Position numbers and translations under genes: made by a program. Below the pieces are notes generated by a model. The model did no database searches. It was not told the origin of the DNA and worked only from the letters and a program-made list of their open reading frames with translations. A stretch of 64,000 nt of DNA from Cyanobacteriota bacterium (GTDB lineage: Bacteria > Cyanobacteriota > Vampirovibrionia > Vampirovibrionales > Vampirovibrionaceae). How positions within the stretch are numbered: the first letter of the stretch is position 1; every line of letters starts with the position of its first letter. The DNA is taken from NCBI GenBank assembly GCA_019751815.1, contig JAIEMW010000001.1, positions 961,839-1,025,838 of the forward strand. The letters run 5' to 3'. Shown in pieces: positions 1 to 7,838 of the stretch.

Positions 1-879
1 ATTCCGCTTAACCCGCTTAAATACCCCTTTCACAGCCTCAGGCCCTATATCATCTACCCCGTCGTATGGGTGGTGTTTTTTGGCACCCCGTTATTCGACT
101 GGTTTCGGCTCGATATGTTGAACCAAAAGCTGATTTGGCTGGGTCATACCTATCCAATGGAGCCACAGAACCTGATGTGGCTGCCCATTGGTTTTTACGG
201 AATGGTATTACTGATTGGAATCATTTCCGTGTTCTGGGGGCGTCTGTTTTGCGGGTGGAGCTGCCCACACAACGTGATGACTGAATGGACACGGCCGCTT
301 AGGGCTTTGGTTGGCAGAGAACCTCCTGCCCGTTGGCTTAAAACCTTGACTAATCAACTGATAAACCACTGGCCCAGTGCCCGCTGGATTCTTTGGCTTA
401 CCTCTATCACCTTAGGTACCCTTCTGGCCTTTGTTATGACCTTTTCTCTCACTGCCTATGTTCTACCGCCCTCATGGGTTTTCCAGAGCTATCTCACCGG
501 TAATGTCCACCCAGCATTAGGTTTTGGGCAAGGTTTATTTACAGTCATAGGCTTATTTCTGCTCTATTCTGGACACGATTTTTGCCGGGCCGCTTGTCCA
601 TATGGGATGGCCCAAGGGCTGTCTGCCTATCTAGAAGGCAAATGGCGTCCGATGGAGATTCGTTTTACCGGCAACGATATTGCCGCTGATTGCAAGACAT
701 GCAAAACCTGCGTGACAGCTTGTCCCGTCGATATTGACCCCAGAAAGCCAGAAAATTTAAAATTGGGGGAGTTTTACGGCTGTTTTAATTGCGGAGAGTG
801 CATTGATGCCTGTAATTTCATCCACGCCCCCAAGCAAAAACCAGGGATTCTTGAATTTTACCGAGAATCGATTTTTTAA
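1..879 (+). CDS. 4Fe-4S membrane ferredoxin, CcoG/FixG-like (5' partial)
   Basis: Frame is open from base 1. GRLFCGWSCP, FCRAACPY, CKTCKTCVTACP and CFNCGECIDAC motifs plus transmembrane segments. Confidence 0.85.
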   Translation: MPLNPLKYPFHSLRPYIIYPVVWVVFFGTPLFDWFRLDMLNQKLIWLGHTYPMEPQNLMWLPIGFYGMVLLIGIISVFWGRLFCGWSCPHNVMTEWTRPLRALVGREPPARWLKTLTNQLINHWPSARWILWLTSITLGTLLAFVMTFSLTAYVLPPSWVFQSYLTGNVHPALGFGQGLFTVIGLFLLYSGHDFCRAACPYGMAQGLSAYLEGKWRPMEIRFTGNDIAADCKTCKTCVTACPVDIDPRKPENLKLGEFYGCFNCGECIDACNFIHAPKQKPGILEFYRESIF

Positions 880-1511
880 TTCGTTAAATCCAGCCAGGGT
901 GGATCCATTGCGCCATTAGCGTTAAACGTCCCGGCTGAATTGGTAGCGTTTCCTTTGCCGCGGCTATTTACCGACCCATCATAATATAGCCATAACATTG
1001 CAGAATTAGGGGTACTCAGACGTCTTCCGTCCATATCCACCAAAAAGGGAATCGCATTATTGGTGCTAGACCCATTAAATTTGGCATTGCGGTCAAACAT
1101 CACGACAGCACCACTGGAGAGCACCATACAATTGGTGCCGCTGGGGTCAGCTGCATAAGAACAACTACAGTAGGTGGAAGGGCAATTAATGGGATCGCCA
1201 CCGGAGTGAGACGGGTTGGCATCAATATAGCCCCCATTGGCCAGACGGGTATATTTAATGTACGGCAACAGATCCGCAAAGGTAGACGTAGTACTCAGGT
1301 TTTCATCTAGTTTCAGCTGAGTCATCCCACTGGTAATTTCTGCAATGGCTTGTTTCACAACAGAATTATCTCTTTTGGTGGTATCAGAAAACAGCAAGGG
1401 AATGGCGATGGCGGCCATAACCCCTAAAATACCAATCGTAATAAGCATTTCTGCAATCGTATAGCCCCCGTTTTTAAGGGCTCGCCTTATCTTAATACCT
1501 TGCTTGGCCAT
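876..1511 (-). CDS. Prepilin-type N-terminal cleavage/methylation domain protein (pilin/pseudopilin)
   Basis: Basic leader followed by G|YTIAEMLITIGILGVMAAIAIP, a class III signal with E5. Confidence 0.85.
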   Translation of the reverse strand: MAKQGIKIRRALKNGGYTIAEMLITIGILGVMAAIAIPLLFSDTTKRDNSVVKQAIAEITSGMTQLKLDENLSTTSTFADLLPYIKYTRLANGGYIDANPSHSGGDPINCPSTYCSCSYAADPSGTNCMVLSSGAVVMFDRNAKFNGSSTNNAIPFLVDMDGRRLSTPNSAMLWLYYDGSVNSRGKGNATNSAGTFNANGAMDPPWLDLTN

Positions 1512-1670
1512 GGAGCATTATCCTTCTGCTACTCACAAAAGAGCACTTTATACAGAGCATTCTATCTCAAATGAGTCTGAGACGTTTCGCGCTCCGTGAA
1601 ATCAGTCTGTCTTTGTGTTTTACTCGTACCCTGTATAAAGCATTCCCAAACAGATAAGGAACATATCAAG

Positions 1671-2555
1671 ATGAGCCGACCCGAGGTAATCCGCGTTGCC
1701 CACAGCCCTGACTCCGATGACGCTTTTATGTTTTACGGACTGGCCAACAACCTGGTGGATACCGAAGGACTTGTCTTGTCGCATCATCTCAGTGATATTG
1801 AGACCCTTAACAGGGACGCCATGGAAGGTAAGTACGAGATGACGGCCATTTCGTACCACGCTTATGCCTATTTGTATAAAAAATACGCGCTACTGCCTGT
1901 TGGCTCTAGTATTGGTGATAAATACGGCCCTGTGTTGATTGCCAAAGAGAAAATGAGCAAAGACGAACTGAAAGATATTGTGGTGGCCATTCCAGGGGAA
2001 ATGACCACAGCCACCCTGGCACTCAAACTTTGGGAGCCCAGTATTAAAACCCAAGTGATGCCCTTTGACCAAATCATGGAAGCGGTTCTTGCGGGTAGTG
2101 TTAAAGCGGGTCTAATTATCCACGAAGGCCAACTCACTTTTAAGGAAGAGGGACTAAAGAAAATTGTGGACTTGGGTGAATGGTGGTTTGAAACCACCAA
2201 CTTGGTGCTCCCCTTAGGCGGCAATGCCATTCGCCGCGATCTTGACCCTGACTTACAACAAACCATTGCCCGAGTGATGCGCCGGGGCATTGAATACAGC
2301 TTGGCTCACCGAGAAGAGGCTTTGGATTATGCAATGCAGTTTGCCCGCGGGCTCGCCCGAGAACGTGCTGACCGCTTTGTGGATATGTACGTTAACCAGA
2401 TGACCCTCGATGCCTCAGCCGACATTCGCCGCGCGGTTCGTCTGCTCCTCTACATGGGACACGGTTTTGGTTTTCTCCCCGAGAAAGTGGACCCAGAATT
2501 CCTGACCCTGGACTCCGTTGATTCTGTTACTGCCGCCACGGCTTGCTGCCACTAA
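1671..2555 (+). CDS. mqnD: 1,4-dihydroxy-6-naphthoate synthase (futalosine menaquinone pathway)
   Basis: HSPDSDDAFMFY, IIHEGQLTF, DLGEWW and LPLGGN motifs. ATG at 1671 follows an AAGGA RBS (the track start at 1596 is probably too long). Confidence 0.88.
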   Translation: MSRPEVIRVAHSPDSDDAFMFYGLANNLVDTEGLVLSHHLSDIETLNRDAMEGKYEMTAISYHAYAYLYKKYALLPVGSSIGDKYGPVLIAKEKMSKDELKDIVVAIPGEMTTATLALKLWEPSIKTQVMPFDQIMEAVLAGSVKAGLIIHEGQLTFKEEGLKKIVDLGEWWFETTNLVLPLGGNAIRRDLDPDLQQTIARVMRRGIEYSLAHREEALDYAMQFARGLARERADRFVDMYVNQMTLDASADIRRAVRLLLYMGHGFGFLPEKVDPEFLTLDSVDSVTAATACCH

Positions 2556-2587
2556 CTAATCATCTTGGCTTTAGGCAATCTTTGCTT

Positions 2588-3580
2588 TTAGCCGTGCAGA
2601 CTGTCTTTGTAAGCTTGGTACTGAGCCTCTAGCCGGTGTGTCCGCTGTATCTCTTCCGCAATAGGCGGGACGTTTTTGGCTTTGGCAAAATAGGCCAATG
2701 AGGCCACCACACCAGAGGCAGTTAAACGGCCGTCGCATTTTGTTTTGTGGTGCTGCTCCAGGGAGTGTAATACATCCTTTTCATAGTCAATATCACCTTG
2801 AGTCCAGGTCATACCAGACTCCGTTGCAACCCAGCTTGCAGGAAGCCCCGCCAGCGTTTGCCCAGGCCTTAAATCCATCACGGCTGCCCGGAGCTCACCA
2901 ATGGGGTCATCTTGAAATAGAACACGAGCAGCATCTTCTACAACACTCAATCTACCGTCATGGTTGGTATCAAAGGCTTGAAAGATGGCTTTACCAAGTT
3001 TGTCTATTAAGGGCAGTGTACTTTTGACGTAGCGCTTCTGTTTTCCACCAGGAACCTGCACTTCTGCTTGGAAACGACGAACAAACTCATCTTGAGTTAA
3101 CGAAAGAGCTGAAAGAGTTGTTTGTCCTTCTGATTTTGACGTGGTGATAAAAGGCCTCATCAGGGCTTCAACAAACCCAAACAGGTTAGGGTACAGCTTA
3201 GCATCGGGGTCAAAGAGAGAACGGGTCGGTGAATACCGAATGGTGGGGATGTTGTTTTTAATGTCCAGCGCCAGTACATCTCCAGCACTCGTTTCTGGGC
3301 CAGTCTCTAAACCTATATCCCGACCGGGTGTGGCCGGGATAGGACACATTTCAATTCGGTACTTTGGGTAGGCACTCAGGTAGGCCAGATAGTTCACCGC
3401 GGCTGTTCTACCAAAAAGCCCTGCATCTTGCACAGAGGAGGGCAGAGAGGCGTTTTGAACAACCAACTTACGAGAGGCTTTCTTGCCAGATAAACTATTG
3501 GCATCGCCAGGGCCTTGCAAAAGCCTTGCTCCAGTGATGAGTGAGGGACGGTTTTGAGGCTGTAAACGAGCGGATGCCAT
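2588..3580 (-). CDS. Hypothetical protein with EF-hand-like loop
   Basis: 330-aa ORF. FDTNHDGRLSVVE fits the DxNxDGxxxxxE EF-hand pattern. Confidence 0.65.
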   Translation of the reverse strand: MASARLQPQNRPSLITGARLLQGPGDANSLSGKKASRKLVVQNASLPSSVQDAGLFGRTAAVNYLAYLSAYPKYRIEMCPIPATPGRDIGLETGPETSAGDVLALDIKNNIPTIRYSPTRSLFDPDAKLYPNLFGFVEALMRPFITTSKSEGQTTLSALSLTQDEFVRRFQAEVQVPGGKQKRYVKSTLPLIDKLGKAIFQAFDTNHDGRLSVVEDAARVLFQDDPIGELRAAVMDLRPGQTLAGLPASWVATESGMTWTQGDIDYEKDVLHSLEQHHKTKCDGRLTASGVVASLAYFAKAKNVPPIAEEIQRTHRLEAQYQAYKDSLHG

Positions 3581-3713
3581 AAGCCAAACAGATCCTATAT
3601 ACCAGATAGGGCTTAATATCTAGAACTTCACACGAGTAAGGTCTCAAAAATGGAGAAACAACAACCAAAGTACCCCAACAGACATCAGCACCAGTGGTCG
3701 GGGTAATCCAGTA

Positions 3714-5054
3714 TTATACTTCTAATTGACCAAACTTTCTACTATTGGGCCCGGCTCCTGTCTTTAGCAGAGCCAGAATAATCTGCCTAGCAATACTGTC
3801 TTTAGAAGCCTTCGGAAAATGTATCCGCTCAGCGGAAGGGAATACGAGAGTCATCTCATTGTCAGACGCTTCAAAGCCAATATCAGAACGACTGACATCG
3901 TTCAGTGCCAAGGCATCCACCCCTTTACGGCGGCATTTTTCTTCGGCCAGGGCAATGGCATCTGGCTCTGTTTCTGCCGCAAAGCCAAGAATGAATTGAC
4001 CGGGACGTTTTTTGGCCGCAACGCCTTTCAATATATCTTCGGTGGCAGTGAATGAGACCTCCCAGGAGGACTTGCCTGATTCTTGTTTGTGTTCTCGTTT
4101 ATGTTTCTGAGCGCTAGGATTCTCAAGTGTGAAGTCTGAGACCGCCGCGGCCATCACCAGCCAGTCTGTCTCTTCAAAATAAAGATTGACGACATCGGAC
4201 ATTTCTAAGGCAGAAGCACACCAATGAATAGAGAAACCCGGGCTTGCCTCACCAGACAGTTTATCTTTTAGCGCTTCTGTTGCAATCAAAGTGACGAGAG
4301 CGCCCATAGCATCCAGTTCTCGAGCAAAAGCCAGCCCCATTTTACCCGAACTCCGGTTGGTGAGGACCCGAACGGGATCGAGCATTTCCTGAGTACCGCC
4401 CGCTGTGACCAAAGCTCGAACACCCTTCAGGATCTGTGCATCAGGATGGACTGCACGATAAATCGCCTGTAAGATCTGCTCTTGCGTTGGCAGATGCCCG
4501 TCTCCCACTTCCCCACAGGCAAGTAACCCTGAAGAGGGGAGTAATACCGACACATCTGAGCGCTCAGTGAGGGTTTTAATATTAACCTGGGTGGCTGGGT
4601 GTTCCCACATCCGGGTATTCATCGCTGGAACGACCAACATTGGTTTCGCTGTCCAGGTAATCGCGGTTGTGCTCACAGCATCATCAGCCAGACCGTAGGC
4701 TAGTTTCGCCAACATATTGGCCGTGGCAGGAATCACCACCAAGACATCGGCATCTTGTGCCAGTTGAATATGCATGGGAGTTCCCGAAGGACTTAAGCCG
4801 TCCATCAACTGTTGTTCCAGCTGACTATCCAAGCTGGGTAAATCACCCAGGTATTCAGCGCTGGAGCGAATCACCGTTTCCCGTGAGAGTGCTTCTAGTG
4901 TCAGTGGGGTAATAAAGGCTTCTGCGCCTTTGCTCATCAGAGGAATAACACGAGTCGCCCCACGGCGGTAGCATTCACGTATCAAATCACAAACGCGGTA
5001 AGCGGCAATTCCGCCGCAAACACCAATAGCAATTGTTTTTCCACTAAAATCCAT
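3714..5054 (-). CDS. coaBC: Bifunctional phosphopantothenoylcysteine decarboxylase/ligase
   Basis: GGIAAY, PATAN, PAMNTRMW, LACGEVG, NRSSGKMG, AAAVSDF and GFAAET motifs. Confidence 0.96.
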   Translation of the reverse strand: MDFSGKTIAIGVCGGIAAYRVCDLIRECYRRGATRVIPLMSKGAEAFITPLTLEALSRETVIRSSAEYLGDLPSLDSQLEQQLMDGLSPSGTPMHIQLAQDADVLVVIPATANMLAKLAYGLADDAVSTTAITWTAKPMLVVPAMNTRMWEHPATQVNIKTLTERSDVSVLLPSSGLLACGEVGDGHLPTQEQILQAIYRAVHPDAQILKGVRALVTAGGTQEMLDPVRVLTNRSSGKMGLAFARELDAMGALVTLIATEALKDKLSGEASPGFSIHWCASALEMSDVVNLYFEETDWLVMAAAVSDFTLENPSAQKHKREHKQESGKSSWEVSFTATEDILKGVAAKKRPGQFILGFAAETEPDAIALAEEKCRRKGVDALALNDVSRSDIGFEASDNEMTLVFPSAERIHFPKASKDSIARQIILALLKTGAGPNSRKFGQLEV

Positions 5055-5262
5055 TTGCTTAGCTTACGACAAAGTCGCCGGTTCAGCATCTCCTGCCTCT
5101 GCTTCAAGGGGTGGTATTCTCATCGCCACAAGAGGGGCCATCACAATACGGACTATTAAAAAACAGGGGTCCGAGCACGGAAACCGTCATCGTGTACAGC
5201 CAACAATAATCTAGGTTTAAGGCAGTGCGTGGGATTGAGGCGTTGGAAAATTTAAAAAAATG

Positions 5263-5290
5263 TTGCACTTTTTTTTACTTGATGTATTCT
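5263..5290 (+). promoter_or_regulatory. Putative sigma70-type promoter of sRNA unit A
   Basis: TTGCAC-N16-TATTCT immediately upstream of the 5' hairpin. Confidence 0.5.
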
Positions 5291-5293
5291 ACT

Positions 5294-5395
5294 AACAACA
5301 GTTAGTAATAACTTGTTAGCTTAAAAAATCATTTTAGTTTTCCCCCTCACTCCCAACCTAAAAATTGGATGAGCTCCCATTCTGGGAGCTTTTTT
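5294..5395 (+). ncRNA. Putative sibling sRNA, unit A
   Basis: 5' hairpin AACAGTTA-GTAA-TAACT(T)GTT; 33-nt core at 5338-5370; terminator AGCTCCCA-TTC-TGGGAGCT-TTTTT. Confidence 0.75.
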
Positions 5396-5493
5396 ATTGT
5401 CCTTAATGTAAAGTTTTGTTTCTATTTCGGCCTTTTTCGGGCAATTTGCAGGCCATTTTAGACTCTATTGGAATGTAAGATTGCTACTACCTA

Positions 5494-5588
5494 CGGTTAG
5501 TAATAAACCTTACCCGCAACCCTTGCTTTACTCACACACTCACTCAAACTTTTTCCCTTGCGACAGATAACAGCGAGGGATTTTTTTT
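5494..5588 (+). ncRNA. Putative divergent sibling sRNA, unit B
   Basis: GGTTA-GTAA-TA(A)ACC hairpin; ACTCACACACTCACTC core; terminator TCCCTTGC..GCGAGGGA followed by T8. Confidence 0.62.
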
Positions 5589-5607
5589 GCCGATTTATTT
5601 TTTGTAC

Positions 5608-5635
5608 TTGATCTTTGAGACATCTGTCGTATAGT
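5608..5635 (+). promoter_or_regulatory. Putative sigma70-type promoter of sRNA unit C
   Basis: TTGATC-N16-TATAGT. Confidence 0.5.
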
Positions 5636-5642
5636 AGTACCC

Positions 5643-5744
5643 ACAACAGTTAGTAATAACTGTTTGCAAGATAGAATTTTCATTTTCCCCCTCACTCCCA
5701 ACCTAAAAATTGGATTCCCCTTTATCACAATAGAGGGGATTTTT
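5643..5744 (+). ncRNA. Putative sibling sRNA, unit C
   Basis: Perfect hairpin AACAGTTA-GTAA-TAACTGTT; 33-nt core at 5683-5715; terminator TCCCCTTTAT-CACA-ATAGAGGGGA-TTTTT. Confidence 0.75.
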
Positions 5745-5873
5745 ATTTGGGTTGTTTATTAAAGGCAAAGACTGAGCGGGTTGGGGCCTTATTGGTTACT
5801 GGAAGACACTATTTGTATACGTCACCAAGTTGTGAACAAATGTAAATCATTGCTGTCCTTTTGACACGATCCC

Positions 5874-5903
5874 TTGCCATAATATTCACTTCGATCGTAT
5901 TAT
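5874..5903 (+). promoter_or_regulatory. Putative sigma70-type promoter of sRNA unit D
   Basis: TTGCCA-N18-TATTAT. Confidence 0.5.
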
Positions 5904-5909
5904 TACTAT

Positions 5910-6013
5910 CCAAGGTTAGTAATAACCTTTGCTTTTTTTAAGTTTCATTTTCCCCCTCACTCCCAACCTAAAAATTGGATCGACCTCTGAACGGATTCAG
6001 AGGTCTTTTTTTT
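5910..6013 (+). ncRNA. Putative sibling sRNA, unit D
   Basis: Perfect hairpin AAGGTTA-GTAA-TAACCTT; 33-nt core at 5948-5980; terminator GACCTCTGAA-CGGA-TTCAGAGGTC followed by T8. Confidence 0.75.
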
Positions 6014-6058
6014 GCTTTTCACAAAAGAATCTGTTCCAGAGGTCGTTGATTTTCTTCA

Positions 6059-6136
6059 CTCTGAACGGATTCAGAGGTCTTTTTTTGCTCTTTATAAAGA
6101 CGGTTGATTTTACGCTGAACGGATTAAGCGTTTTTT
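6059..6136 (+). repeat. Two extra copies of the unit-D terminator hairpin
   Basis: CTCTGAACGGATTCAGAGGTC-T7 at 6059-6086 and ACGCTGAACGGATTAAGCG-T6 at 6112-6136. Confidence 0.75.
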
Positions 6137-6224
6137 CAAAAGATACAATTCTTAAAAGAAGAAAGCCCCTTTCAAGACAGCGAGAACCCCCGCCCAATAA
6201 GCACTTAAGCACCTTAATTCCTCA

Positions 6225-6242
6225 AGGTTCCCTTGGGAACCT
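6225..6242. promoter_or_regulatory. Perfect palindrome upstream of sepF (candidate operator)
   Basis: AGGTTCCC-TT-GGGAACCT. Confidence 0.4.
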
Positions 6243-6411
6243 CACATGACTTTCCCCTCAGGATGGAATCCGGTGCTAAAATGAGGGGAGTCAAAAAATC
6301 AACATATAAATAGATGACGATCCACTCCTTTTATATACAGAGAGTTAGTTCATCGAGAGTTAAATCATTCAAATCGACTTAGGATAGAAGTTAGGAGGTT
6401 GTAGGACGCGC

Positions 6412-6960
6412 ATGAGTCAAGGATTTATGAGCAAAATTAAAAATTGGGTCTCTGGTGACCCCTTCGAAGAAGATGTTTACAGCTTTGAAGATGACTTTGA
6501 GCAAGAGCCACGGCTCTACCGCGCAACGGCGTCTAATCCCCGTCCAGAAAGACATGAATTAGAGCCTTCCGCCTTAGAAGCTAAGAAGCGTCGGCCCAAT
6601 CTCAAATTAATTGACCAGCCCAACACCCAAGCCACGCAAGTGGTGGTGATTGAGCCCAAGGCTTTTGAGGAAGCGCTGGAAATTATTGAACACCTGCGCG
6701 CCAAGAAGTCTGTTATTTTGAATCTCCACTTGCTGGATACCAACCAGTCCCAGCGTGTGGTTGATTTTCTCTCGGGTGCCACCCATGCCATTGACGGCAA
6801 TCAGCAACGCATCGGGGACGGGGTCTTTATGTTCACCCCAAACAATGTTGTTATCACCACCCCGGATGTACATGCGGTGATTAAAGAAGCACCCATTCCT
6901 AGTGCCAGCTCTTCTTTGGCTGGAGCTTTGGGAGATACATTCTGGAGCAACCCCCACTAA
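6412..6960 (+). CDS. sepF: Cell division protein SepF
   Basis: VVIEPKAFEEA, SVILNL, QRVVDFLSGATHAIDG and FMFTP motifs; AGGAGG RBS. Confidence 0.93.
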   Translation: MSQGFMSKIKNWVSGDPFEEDVYSFEDDFEQEPRLYRATASNPRPERHELEPSALEAKKRRPNLKLIDQPNTQATQVVVIEPKAFEEALEIIEHLRAKKSVILNLHLLDTNQSQRVVDFLSGATHAIDGNQQRIGDGVFMFTPNNVVITTPDVHAVIKEAPIPSASSSLAGALGDTFWSNPH

Positions 6961-6986
6961 GTCATCTATTTGCTCGCGCGAAATAC

Positions 6987-7025
6987 AAAAAAGACCTGGA
7001 GTATCAGTACTTCAGGTCTTTTTTT
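6987..7025. terminator. Bidirectional intrinsic terminator
   Basis: AAAAAAGACCTGGAGTA-TCAG-TACTTCAGGTCTTTTTT between convergent genes. Confidence 0.85.
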
Positions 7026-7503
7026 AGGCATGTCGGGCCACTTGTTGCATCATTTGCTTTAGCCAGCCCGGCTTTTCGTTTACCCAGTAGATGAATTCCT
7101 CTTCATCAAAGGTTTGAAGTTCTGGGAACAGCTGACGCAGATACTTATAGAGGCGGGCCAACTCTTTTGCCCGTTGGACAGGAGATAGGGCACCGTGGCG
7201 AATCATTTGTCCCCAAATAGAATAGGCCATACTAGCGGCATTGTTTTGGGACACAACATCATCCTTGCTGGCTTTGGCTTGTGCCGCAGCAGGGGTGGGG
7301 AAGTACGAGGCGACTTGAGCGGCTTTTTCTGTTTGCAGCGCTTGAGAAGGGGCAATAAATTTAGCCTGAGAGGCATTTAAAAAAGCTTGGTTGGCATTTT
7401 GGACGGTTTGTTGCACAAAACGCGCTTGCGAACTCTGGTTGAGTTGCGCAGCCTGGACGGCTTGTTGGTTTTGAAAACCGGGGTTGTTGCCATTGACTTG
7501 CAT
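7024..7503 (-). CDS. Hypothetical Gln/Ala-rich protein
   Basis: 159-aa ORF with a low-complexity N-half and helical C-terminus, ending at a terminator. Confidence 0.7.
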   Translation of the reverse strand: MQVNGNNPGFQNQQAVQAAQLNQSSQARFVQQTVQNANQAFLNASQAKFIAPSQALQTEKAAQVASYFPTPAAAQAKASKDDVVSQNNAASMAYSIWGQMIRHGALSPVQRAKELARLYKYLRQLFPELQTFDEEEFIYWVNEKPGWLKQMMQQVARHA

Positions 7504-7703
7504 AATCGAAAATACCCTTTTGAGTTTCTGGGGTCAGGTCGGGCGATATGCCTTCAAGCGTAAAGGGGATGCCCGAACAGTGACTTATCAGGGGAGTCAT
7601 TTCATGGGGTCGAATTGTTACTTTACGTTATATAAAAATAAAAATATTTGTAACGAAAGAATTGCGCTCAAAAGGATATAAAAAAGCAATATTCCGTGTT
7701 TTA

Positions 7704-7721
7704 GTTACAATTATTTACATT
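7704..7721 (+). promoter_or_regulatory. HLR1-like (RpaB-type) direct repeat
   Basis: GTTACAAT-TA-TTTACATT matches KTTACAWW-N2-KTTACAWW exactly. Confidence 0.55.
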
Positions 7722-7838
7722 TTGACCAATTTCGCAGGAAAAAAACCCGAAAAACTCGTTTATTAGACATTTCTAGATATTTTTATTACAGTGCTAGAGG
7801 ACAAAATTGAGTGGAAGACAGTGTGAAGGAAAAGGTTT

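Noticed and set aside
5284-5907. NtcA boxes (GTA-N8-TAC) at the sRNA promoters
   Set aside because: Observed GTA..TAC spacings are 3, 7, 6 and 4, not 8.
5338-5980. Three identical 33-nt repeats as a CRISPR array
   Set aside because: Repeat periods are 345 and 265 bp, far longer than spacers. Each unit has its own terminator, and no cas genes are present.
5294-6013. Type III toxin-antitoxin RNA repeat array
   Set aside because: The repeats are not contiguous, and the downstream gene is sepF rather than a toxin.
5540-6249. Track ORFs 5540-5728(-), 5929-6249(+) and 5997-6212(-)
   Set aside because: They are translations of hairpins and T-tracts. The repeat is not kept in a common reading frame with a start codon across units.
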